Below, one piece after another: positions 9,553-17,480 of a stretch of 60,712 bases of DNA. The translations under genes and the position numbers were made by a program. Positions within the stretch are counted from its first letter, which is position 1, and each line of letters begins with the position of its first letter. The notes under the pieces are model-generated. The model was not told the DNA's origin. It saw only the letters and a program-made list of their open reading frames with translations, and searched no databases. Source of the stretch: an uncultured virus (IMG/VR IMGVR_UViG_3300037635_003078) (taxonomy: Duplodnaviria; Heunggongvirae; Uroviricota; Caudoviricetes); IMG/VR virus record IMGVR_UViG_3300037635_003078. The stretch is one strand, 5' to 3'.

Positions 9553-11337
9553 ATGAAGAATTACGGAGAAGAATTAGGTTGGGAGCTTGGAGTAGACTTC
9601 CCAACATGGGCAAATACTGAAATATATGTTAAGACTATATCCAAAGGGTATCTACTATCAGGTGAAAAGCCAAAAGATGCTTATTGGAGAGTTGCTACGG
9701 CAGTAGCACGTAGACTTGACAAACCACAAATGGCGTCAAAGTTTTTTGATTACATATGGAAGGGTTGGTTAAATCTAGCATCACCTGTATTATCGAACAC
9801 CGGAACTGATAGAGGATTACCAATCAGTTGTTTTGGTATTGATGTAGGTGACTCTATCCAAGAGATTGGGTCAAAGAACCTTGAATTGATGTTACTTGCT
9901 AAACATGGTGGTGGTGTAGGTGTTGGTATCAATATGATTAGACCAGCAGGTGCTAAAATCACTCAAAACGGAACATCTGATGGTGTAGTACCATTCGCTA
10001 AGATTTACGACTCTACAATCCTTGCAACAAACCAAGGAGCTGTACGTAGAGGTGCTGCATCGGTGAATCTAAACATTGAACATGATGACTTTGATGAGTG
10101 GATTGAAATTCGTGAACCAAAGGGTGATGTAAATCGTCAATGTTTGAACTTAAATCAATGTGTAATCGTTGGTGATAAGTTTATGAGAAAGTTAGAAGAT
10201 GGTAATCCCGAAGCACGTAGTAAATGGGGTAAGGTACTTCAGAAACGTAAGGCAACTGGTCAACCATATGTAATGTATAAGGGTAATGTTAACAAACAAA
10301 ATCCTGAGATGTACAAGAACAATGGTTTGAAGGTTCATATGACTAACATATGTTCTGAAATTACATTACATACCGATGAGTCACACTCCTTTGTATGTTG
10401 TTTATCATCATTGAACTTATCTAAGTACGATGAGTGGAAACACACCGATTTAATCTATACAGCAACATGGTTCTTGGATGGTGTACTCGAAGAGTTCATT
10501 CAGAGAGCTAAGAATATGAGGGGTTTTGAGAACTCAGTACGTTCAGCTGAAAAGGGACGTGCTTTAGGACTTGGTGTTCTTGGATGGCACACATACTTAC
10601 AACAAAAGGGTATGTCATTCGAAGGACTACCTGCTCAATTTGAAACTCGTAAGATATTCTCTCAAATCAAAATTGAGTCTGAGAGAGCATCGAGAGATTT
10701 GGCTAATGAGTATGGGGAACCATTATGGTGTGTTGGTAGTGGGTTGAGAAATACTCACTTGAGAGCTATCGCTCCAACGGTATCTAACTCTAAGTTAAGT
10801 GGGAACGTTTCTGCCGGTATCGAACCATGGGCTGCAAACGTATTTACCGAACAAACCGCAAAGGGTACATTTATTCGTAAGAATCAAGAGTTGGAGAGAG
10901 CACTACGTAAAGTTGGTATCAACAACAAAGATACGTGGAGTAAAATACTCGAAGATGGTGGTTCAGTTCAAGACTTGAATGAGTTAGACAATTGGGGATA
11001 CGTCAATGGTAAACTTACACATAAAGATAGTATCGACCAAATTGATATCGACAATAAGCAAGTTGATTGGATGAAAGATGTATTTAAAACATTCAAAGAA
11101 ATCAATCAGTTAGAATTAGTAAAACAAGCAGGTATCAGACAACAATATGTCGACCAAGCAGTTTCCTTAAATCTTGCATTTCCATCTCAAGCAAGTCCTA
11201 AGTGGATTAACCAAGTCCATATGGAAGCTTGGAAGGAAGGAATCAAAACCCTTTATTATATGAGAACGGAATCCGTACTTCGTGGTGATATTGCTACGAG
11301 AGCTACTGACCCCGATTGTGTCTCATGTGATGGGTAA
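9553..11337 (+). CDS. nrdA: Class I ribonucleotide reductase large subunit (no ATP-cone)
   Basis: PISCF, GGGVG, TNICSEI, AIAPT, KTLYY, C-terminal CVSC. Confidence 0.95.
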   Translation: MKNYGEELGWELGVDFPTWANTEIYVKTISKGYLLSGEKPKDAYWRVATAVARRLDKPQMASKFFDYIWKGWLNLASPVLSNTGTDRGLPISCFGIDVGDSIQEIGSKNLELMLLAKHGGGVGVGINMIRPAGAKITQNGTSDGVVPFAKIYDSTILATNQGAVRRGAASVNLNIEHDDFDEWIEIREPKGDVNRQCLNLNQCVIVGDKFMRKLEDGNPEARSKWGKVLQKRKATGQPYVMYKGNVNKQNPEMYKNNGLKVHMTNICSEITLHTDESHSFVCCLSSLNLSKYDEWKHTDLIYTATWFLDGVLEEFIQRAKNMRGFENSVRSAEKGRALGLGVLGWHTYLQQKGMSFEGLPAQFETRKIFSQIKIESERASRDLANEYGEPLWCVGSGLRNTHLRAIAPTVSNSKLSGNVSAGIEPWAANVFTEQTAKGTFIRKNQELERALRKVGINNKDTWSKILEDGGSVQDLNELDNWGYVNGKLTHKDSIDQIDIDNKQVDWMKDVFKTFKEINQLELVKQAGIRQQYVDQAVSLNLAFPSQASPKWINQVHMEAWKEGIKTLYYMRTESVLRGDIATRATDPDCVSCDG

Positions 11338-11342
11338 CTGAA

Positions 11343-11419
11343 GTGTGGTTTGAAGACCACATCTTAGGACCGAGATAGTTCTCGGAAACCGGTGGGGGGA
11401 GTTCGCTACCCCCCTCACC
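11343..11419 (+). ncRNA. Candidate structured RNA element (three hairpins) between nrdA and thioredoxin
   Basis: GUGUGGUU/GACCACAU stem (11343-11362), CCGAGA/UCUCGG stem (11370-11385), GGUGGGGGGAG-UUCG-CUACCCCCCUCACC stem (11391-11419). GC-rich island with no U-tract. Confidence 0.5.
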
Positions 11420-11453
11420 ATCAAAAGTGAATATAAATTAAATAAAACTTAAT

Positions 11454-11690
11454 ATGAAACAATATCTTTATTTCTCAGCACCTTGGTGTGGTCCGTGTAG
11501 AATGTTAGGACCAATTATGTCAGAGGTTAGTAACACAATTCCAGTACAAAAAGTAAACATTGATGAAGATTCAGCTACTGCTCAACAATACAACGTTCGT
11601 AGTATTCCAACAGTTGTTCTATTGGAGAATGGTCAAGAAGTCAAACGAATGATTGGTGTAAAACAAAAAGCAGAATATTTAAGCGTATGA
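11454..11690 (+). CDS. trxA: Thioredoxin
   Basis: WCGPC active site, RSIPT cis-Pro motif; follows RNR. Confidence 0.93.
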   Translation: MKQYLYFSAPWCGPCRMLGPIMSEVSNTIPVQKVNIDEDSATAQQYNVRSIPTVVLLENGQEVKRMIGVKQKAEYLSV

Positions 11691-12265
11691 TAATCGTTGA
11701 TGACTTTATCAAAGACGAGTCCCTTTTAAAGGAACTCCAAGAAGACACTCAGTTTTTTGAGAATAATGGTCAATATATGTGGTGGGGTGGTCCTTGGAAT
11801 TCCAAGGCATCAACTCTTAAACAAAGGTTGATAGAAGAACTTTGGATTAAAAACTCACCATGGGATTTCCCAAGATATAATTCAATCCAATTGGAAGGTT
11901 TTGAGTATTGGACAGGTCAATACTCGGCTGACGATGATAAACTGCATGAACTAAATATGCATTTTGACAAAGACGAGAATCTATGGAATACTGAAGGTAA
12001 ATTAGTAACACCAATTATTGGTACAGTTTACTATCCAGTCCCAATGGATATTGAAGGTGGGTATTTGGAAATATTTAGTGGTGGTGACGATAACGAACCG
12101 GAACGTATTAAAGCCAAACATAATAGGTTAGTCATATTTCCAGCCGGCCAATACAAACATAGGGTTACTGAAGTTACAAAGGGTAATCGTAGCGCAATCG
12201 CAATAAACCTATGGGCATCTGCGCCAAGTGGTGTAGAAAATGGTGAAATAATTTTGGAAAAATAA
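11687..12265 (+). CDS. 2OG-Fe(II) oxygenase (prolyl-hydroxylase-like)
   Basis: HFD (HxD), EGGYLE, NRLVIF, H.V..VT.G.R motif. Confidence 0.85.
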   Translation: MIIVDDFIKDESLLKELQEDTQFFENNGQYMWWGGPWNSKASTLKQRLIEELWIKNSPWDFPRYNSIQLEGFEYWTGQYSADDDKLHELNMHFDKDENLWNTEGKLVTPIIGTVYYPVPMDIEGGYLEIFSGGDDNEPERIKAKHNRLVIFPAGQYKHRVTEVTKGNRSAIAINLWASAPSGVENGEIILEK

Positions 12266-12284
12266 AATAATTTTTGTATATTAG
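12253..12284 (+). promoter_or_regulatory. Promoter TTTG-N20-TATATTAG (near-leaderless)
   Basis: TTTG 12253-12256, TATATTAG 12277-12284, ATG at 12289. Confidence 0.72.
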
Positions 12285-12288
12285 TAAT

Positions 12289-12708
12289 ATGAAAAAGCAG
12301 TTACAACAACTTTGGGACTTCCAAAGTATATATGACCAAACACGGAATACAACACCTACATTAATTGAGCCAGATGATTACTATTTAAGGTATCGTTTGG
12401 GTAAAGAAGAGTTGGTGGAGTATTTAGAGGCTTGTAATAACGATGACATTGTGGAAGTTACAGATGCACTTGCTGACCAACTATATATCTTATTAGGTAC
12501 TATGGTTGCTCATGGTATGGGTGATATCATCGAGGATGTCTTTGATGAGGTCCATCGTTCTAATATGTCAAAGTTAGGTGAGGATGGTAAACCTATTTAT
12601 CGTGAGGATGGTAAAGTATTAAAAGGGCCTAATTTTTCAAAACCAAATCTATCTCAATTCTTAGCCGATACTACTCAAATTGAACTTCCTTTTAATGAGA
12701 AAGTTTAA
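12289..12708 (+). CDS. MazG/PRA-PH-like nucleoside triphosphate pyrophosphohydrolase
   Basis: EELVEY...DALADQLY...EVHRSNMSK...REDGKVLKG. Start placed at ATG 12289 after the promoter. Confidence 0.88.
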   Translation: MKKQLQQLWDFQSIYDQTRNTTPTLIEPDDYYLRYRLGKEELVEYLEACNNDDIVEVTDALADQLYILLGTMVAHGMGDIIEDVFDEVHRSNMSKLGEDGKPIYREDGKVLKGPNFSKPNLSQFLADTTQIELPFNEKV

Positions 12709-12709
12709 G

Positions 12710-12913
12710 ATGGCACTACGAGGTGAATCACATCCACAACATAAACTTACGGAGGACCAAGTAAAGTCTATTCGCCAGTTGTGGGCTGTTGGTCATAGAA
12801 ATACAAGAGTTTTAGCACGAAACAATGGTGTATCACCCGCTAACATTCGTAGAATAGTAAGGGGAGAAACTTGGACACATATTCTTTTTGGAGAATTTAA
12901 TGATTATCAATGA
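12710..12913 (+). CDS. Small HTH DNA-binding protein (resembles the C-terminal domain of HNH homing endonucleases)
   Basis: GESHPQHKLTEDQV..IR...LA...GVS...I.RIVRGETWTH. Confidence 0.65.
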   Translation: MALRGESHPQHKLTEDQVKSIRQLWAVGHRNTRVLARNNGVSPANIRRIVRGETWTHILFGEFNDYQ

Positions 12914-13671
12914 AAGTAGAGGGTAAGGTATATTTTAATCCATCTAAATTTTCAGTAAGACCGATTTCAAAATCAGTTGCAAAAGACATAGTGGTAAATC
13001 ACCATTATGCTGGAATTTGGACAAAAGTATCTTATGCATTGGGTTTGTTTTATGAATCCGATGAAGAACATCAGTTTTTCAGTGGTGTAAATGAGAAGTT
13101 AGTCGGAGTGGCTACGTATGGCGACCCCATAGGTAGGCATTCTGGCGCTTCTATTTCTGAACATATTGACCGAACTGAGGTATTTGAACTTACCAGATTA
13201 TTTGTATTTGATGGATATGGGTGTAATATAGAAAGTTGGTTTGTAGGTCAGACCTTCAAGTGGTTACGCAAAAATACTCCCCATATTAAAGCACTTATCT
13301 CATACTCCGACCCTAAAGTAGGCCATAAGGGAACAATTTATATGTCTACAAATTGGATTTATCAAGGTAATCGTATCAGACCAAACGATTCGTGGTTATT
13401 TAGATGGGAAGATGGTGGTGAATGGACTCATTCACGTACATCGTTCGTAAAGTTTGGTACTAACAACCCTACCAAAATACAAGAAATGACATCAACGCCA
13501 TTTTGGATTAAAAAGGAGTTGAGGAAACATAGATACGTTTACATTTTGGATAAGTCAAAAAAAAGTCGTATATTGAAGTCATTGAAATACCCATCATTAC
13601 CATATCCAACGGAAAATGAGGAATTTAAAGAAGAGATATACAAATTAGACCCAATTGAAAGAAGCAAATAA
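12910..13671 (+). CDS. Mom-like GNAT DNA-modification enzyme (copy 1)
   Basis: HHYAG, LVGVATYG.P, ELTRLF, ESWF, LISYSDP..GH.GTIY...NWIYQG, KHRYVY. Confidence 0.8.
   Translation: MKVEGKVYFNPSKFSVRPISKSVAKDIVVNHHYAGIWTKVSYALGLFYESDEEHQFFSGVNEKLVGVATYGDPIGRHSGASISEHIDRTEVFELTRLFVFDGYGCNIESWFVGQTFKWLRKNTPHIKALISYSDPKVGHKGTIYMSTNWIYQGNRIRPNDSWLFRWEDGGEWTHSRTSFVKFGTNNPTKIQEMTSTPFWIKKELRKHRYVYILDKSKKSRILKSLKYPSLPYPTENEEFKEEIYKLDPIERSK
13545..13576 (+). promoter_or_regulatory. Intragenic promoter variant TTTG-N20-TATATTGA
   Basis: TTTG 13545-13548, TATATTGA 13569-13576, inside Mom-like copy 1 and upstream of copy 2. Confidence 0.45.
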
Positions 13672-14449
13672 AATATACGTAGACACGTCACGTGTTACAA
13701 TTCGTGAGATTGGTAAGGCAACCGCAAAAGAGATGATTGTTACTTACCACTATTCTCATGCTTGGACGATGTGTAGATACGCTCTTGGGATATTCTATGA
13801 AACTGATAAGAAAGACGTATTAGGTAATTCAGAACAACTAATTGGATGTTTAGTATATGGGTATCCAGTAGGTAGGTCAGCAATCAAGTCAGTTATCGAT
13901 GGGTTAGAGAAAGACCAATGTTTGGAGTTGACACGATTGTTTATACACGATGGGTATGGGTCTAATATCGAGTCATACGCTATGGGTCAATCATTCCAAT
14001 GGATTAAGGAGAATGCTCCTAATATCAAGATGTTACTCAGTTACGCTGATCCTGAACAATTACATTTAGGTGGTATCTACCAAGCAACAAATTGGTTATA
14101 CCAAGATTGTCGTGATATTCAACTGATGCCAAACTATTCTATATCAATCCAAGATAACCCACATAAGTGGATACACTCACGGACTGTATTCTCACGTTGG
14201 GGGTCTCATAATTTAGACCATCTAAAAACTCAAATGGGTAAGGAGAACATAAAAGAGTTTTGGAGAAAGAAGGAGTCTGCTAAACACCGATACATCCAAG
14301 TATTGGGTCAGAACAAATCAGAGAAACGTAAGTTGACTAAACAACTCAAACACAAAGTGAGCCCGTATCCTAAAGATGCGAGTGAGTTCCTATCAGAGGT
14401 AGTCAGACACGAAACATTCGAGCCGGAAAATAAAGTAAGTTTTTGGTAA
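13655..14449 (+). CDS. Mom-like GNAT DNA-modification enzyme (copy 2)
   Basis: YHYSH, ELTRLF, LLSYADP...H.GGIYQATNWLY, KHRY. Paralog of 12910-13671; TTG start. Confidence 0.8.
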   Translation: MKEANKIYVDTSRVTIREIGKATAKEMIVTYHYSHAWTMCRYALGIFYETDKKDVLGNSEQLIGCLVYGYPVGRSAIKSVIDGLEKDQCLELTRLFIHDGYGSNIESYAMGQSFQWIKENAPNIKMLLSYADPEQLHLGGIYQATNWLYQDCRDIQLMPNYSISIQDNPHKWIHSRTVFSRWGSHNLDHLKTQMGKENIKEFWRKKESAKHRYIQVLGQNKSEKRKLTKQLKHKVSPYPKDASEFLSEVVRHETFEPENKVSFW

Positions 14450-14451
14450 GT

Positions 14452-14506
14452 TTAACAATTTCTTAACATTATAATTTGGTAGATTAAGAAAATAATCGTA
14501 TATTAG
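14452..14506 (+). promoter_or_regulatory. TTAACA-N5-TTAACA box plus promoter TTTG-N20-TATATTAG
   Basis: TTAACA at 14452 and 14463; TTTG 14475-14478; TATATTAG 14499-14506. Confidence 0.75.
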
Positions 14507-14520
14507 TTAATAAATAAGAA

Positions 14521-16353
14521 ATGAAAGATATGAAATTAATTGACAAGTTAAAACAATTTGTAGAGAGTGACAAAAGACACAAAATCATTACCGCTAGTAT
14601 CTCTGAAATCAGAGAAATTTTTAAACCCAAAGAAGATGTTCCAGCAGTATTTAAGATTCAGTTTTATATCTTTAACTCTGTATGGAATCGTATTCCTAAC
14701 TTTGGTATCCCTTCTGTATTAGAAGATAAATTAAAATACGCAATCAAAATTGGTAGTGGTATTTCTTCGTATAACCAACTTCCGATTTCTTGGATTGAGG
14801 ATAAAGTTTTTAAACTTAAAAACTTCCTAATGAAAGATAGGGGACACATCACTACTTTAGTGTGTTGGTTGTACTCACATAAGTTTCCAATAACAGCTTT
14901 TGAAAAAATTGTTGATAAACTAATCACCCAATACAAATCAGTTGAGGATTGGAAGAACGATTTTTCAGTTAAACACACTGTTTCCATATTAGAAGAAGTT
15001 CAATCTTACATTGAGGAATCAAAAAACCAACAAAAGAAAGTTGGAACTAAGAAATCACACCAAACACTTTCCATTCAGATGATTTGTGAGAATGTTTCAT
15101 CGTTTGGTGAAACACTTGATGATTTTGAAGTAAGTATTGAGGTTCGTAGAGAAAGTATCTATGTTCATATGTTAGAGATTTTAGCTCTTAACAACACTTT
15201 TAACAAATGGATTGAGTATCAGAAAGCATTCCTTGGTTTTGTTGGTAAGGTAATGAGAAAGGATGGTTCTGATAATTACTTCAGAGATGTTATTAATATA
15301 GATGCAGTTAGAAATCACATTGATGATTTGAATACATTTATGGGTAATAGTAAGATTGTTATCTTCTCATCGGCAATTGCTTCTTACAAACGAAAGGTAT
15401 CTGAATATAGTGAAATCATCCCCATGAGGTTATTGGGATTACGAAAGTTGACCACCTTTGATAAGAGGGGTTCATACTACTACTCATCAACTGAAAGTGT
15501 TATTGAAGAACAATTGATGGCTTTACATACTAATAATGTTACTGAAGAATCCGCTAAATTGGAATTGACAATTATGAATCAAATAGCTGATAATGTGGCT
15601 TGGGATTCATATGAAGAGAAACGAAAAGATTTGTTGAGTTCACAACCTGATAAGTTGAATACCAAAAATTTAGAACATGCTTCATTGGGTAAGGAAGATT
15701 TTGGTATGGCGTGTGTGGATGCTGTAATGGAGTTGAGAGCAGCTCTACCACATATGGGTGATAGAAAATCAGAAAAACAAATTAACCTATTGGTTACTGA
15801 TTTTGTGAATGGTTTGATTGTACAAATGGAAGAAGTGGTTGATGATGAAACTCTTTTCAATGTTGGGGCTACTATGGATAAGCGATTCCAAAAGCTGATT
15901 CTACCAACTTATACCAAACTTAAAAATTCATACACATCAGAATCTCCAAAGGATAACAAACAAACGATTTACGAAACTCTACTTAATGAACTTAAACCAT
16001 ACCTAAACGGACAGGCTAAGTTTAAAGTAATGAAGTTTACATCCGAATCTTACAAAGAACCTGAAGTTGCTACCATTAATTTTGGAACAACTAAACGAGG
16101 TGAAGCTGGTTTAGATTTGGGACAACGAAAACAAAGTATGGGTTACACCATTCATAATTGTATTGTTCAGCAGAAACACCACAACCGCTCTGAAAACGAT
16201 GTTGACCACAATATTTCAAATGTGGACTATTGGAAGTGGTATTCTAAAGCCAACTTTGATTTGGTGATGAAGAATCAACAACACTTCATCTCAATTGGTG
16301 AGTTTAGTGTTTTGGCTGATGCACACACATTGAATAACATTTTTAACGGATAG
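14521..16353 (+). CDS. Hypothetical protein, possible degenerate DUF262(ParB-like)/HNH (GmrSD-like) architecture
   Basis: N-terminal KIQF...VW and MKDRGHITT resemble the QR..VW and DGQQR.TT motifs. C-terminal LDLGQ...GYTIHNC.VQ...HNRS resembles an HNH motif. Confidence 0.35.
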   Translation: MKDMKLIDKLKQFVESDKRHKIITASISEIREIFKPKEDVPAVFKIQFYIFNSVWNRIPNFGIPSVLEDKLKYAIKIGSGISSYNQLPISWIEDKVFKLKNFLMKDRGHITTLVCWLYSHKFPITAFEKIVDKLITQYKSVEDWKNDFSVKHTVSILEEVQSYIEESKNQQKKVGTKKSHQTLSIQMICENVSSFGETLDDFEVSIEVRRESIYVHMLEILALNNTFNKWIEYQKAFLGFVGKVMRKDGSDNYFRDVINIDAVRNHIDDLNTFMGNSKIVIFSSAIASYKRKVSEYSEIIPMRLLGLRKLTTFDKRGSYYYSSTESVIEEQLMALHTNNVTEESAKLELTIMNQIADNVAWDSYEEKRKDLLSSQPDKLNTKNLEHASLGKEDFGMACVDAVMELRAALPHMGDRKSEKQINLLVTDFVNGLIVQMEEVVDDETLFNVGATMDKRFQKLILPTYTKLKNSYTSESPKDNKQTIYETLLNELKPYLNGQAKFKVMKFTSESYKEPEVATINFGTTKRGEAGLDLGQRKQSMGYTIHNCIVQQKHHNRSENDVDHNISNVDYWKWYSKANFDLVMKNQQHFISIGEFSVLADAHTLNNIFNG

Positions 16354-16361
16354 TAAATAAT

Positions 16362-17480
16362 ATGAGAGTATTAGTTATACCAAATTATACAAATTTTGGG
16401 GCTGTTAAGGACATCAATAGGGATTCGTTCCTATTGGTGTTTAAGTCCTTTATAGAGAATACTGAAATCGGAAAAGAGTGGGAGTGGATTCTACCATATC
16501 CTGACTTTGATAATCATCCTGGCATCATTAATAAGTTTGAACACCCTAATGTTGAACTCATAAAGATGGACGGGTTAGATTGCTTTCCACCTAAAATGAG
16601 AGTAGACTATCCACATAAGTTTTTCAATAGACTGATTGAAAAATACAATGGTGAGTTTAATCTTATATGGTCACATTTGCCGGAGTGGACAAATGAATTC
16701 AAAGTATCAAGAATATATAATAAATCACAACCTATTATTGGGTATTGTCATTGGTGGGAAATCAAAGACAATGGGGCTAGAGACAATAACTCATTTTGGA
16801 GAAATGTCAAAGGTATGTTACAAATGAAAGTTTGTGGTGTAAACTCACAATGGGTAAAGGATTTAGTTATCAGACGAGCATCAGAAACATTCCAACCACA
16901 TATTACTGATAAATTAGAAGAAATTATCCAACCTTGGTATTTGGGATGTGATTCAGCCACACCAACATCCACATATGAACCTAAAACTATTCTATTTAAT
17001 CATAGATGGGGAGTATATACTGGCGCCGAGTGGTTCTTCGAGGCAATGGATGAGTTATGGGAAACTCGTAAAGACTTCCAAGTATGGACTTCATTAAAAG
17101 ATATGGGTAAATCATATACCAAGTATATTGGACACGCTGATAGAGATGTGTATATGAATCAAATGTCCAAAGCACATTTTGGTGTAGGTACATTCCAAGG
17201 ATATTCGGCTTGGTCAATGTCGGCTACTGATGGGTTAAGTCGAGGTGTACCTTACTTACTTCCAAATGATTTTTGTTATCCCGAAATGGTTGGTGAGGAA
17301 TATCCACTACTTTATAATGGTAAAGAAGAATTTAAGAAAATGGTTGTTAAGTTATTGGATGGTGAAATCGAACGTCCTGATGTAACTCATATAGCGGAGT
17401 CTTTACTATGGGAATCTCAACTTAAAAGCTGGGATGTCGAGAACAACTTTATTAATATGGCTAGAAAAGACTTTAATTAA
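16362..17480 (+). CDS. GT-B glycosyltransferase, candidate DNA glycosyltransferase
   Basis: FNHR, WSMSATDGLSRGVPYL, YPEMVG GT-B C-domain; stop codon overlaps the DNA polymerase start. Confidence 0.7.
   Translation: MRVLVIPNYTNFGAVKDINRDSFLLVFKSFIENTEIGKEWEWILPYPDFDNHPGIINKFEHPNVELIKMDGLDCFPPKMRVDYPHKFFNRLIEKYNGEFNLIWSHLPEWTNEFKVSRIYNKSQPIIGYCHWWEIKDNGARDNNSFWRNVKGMLQMKVCGVNSQWVKDLVIRRASETFQPHITDKLEEIIQPWYLGCDSATPTSTYEPKTILFNHRWGVYTGAEWFFEAMDELWETRKDFQVWTSLKDMGKSYTKYIGHADRDVYMNQMSKAHFGVGTFQGYSAWSMSATDGLSRGVPYLLPNDFCYPEMVGEEYPLLYNGKEEFKKMVVKLLDGEIERPDVTHIAESLLWESQLKSWDVENNFINMARKDFN

Noticed and set aside
11338..11425. tRNA, hammerhead ribozyme or intrinsic terminator
   Set aside because: No acceptor stem, cloverleaf or CCA. 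CUGAAGU does not match CUGAnGA and the GAAA geometry does not fit. No U-tract follows.
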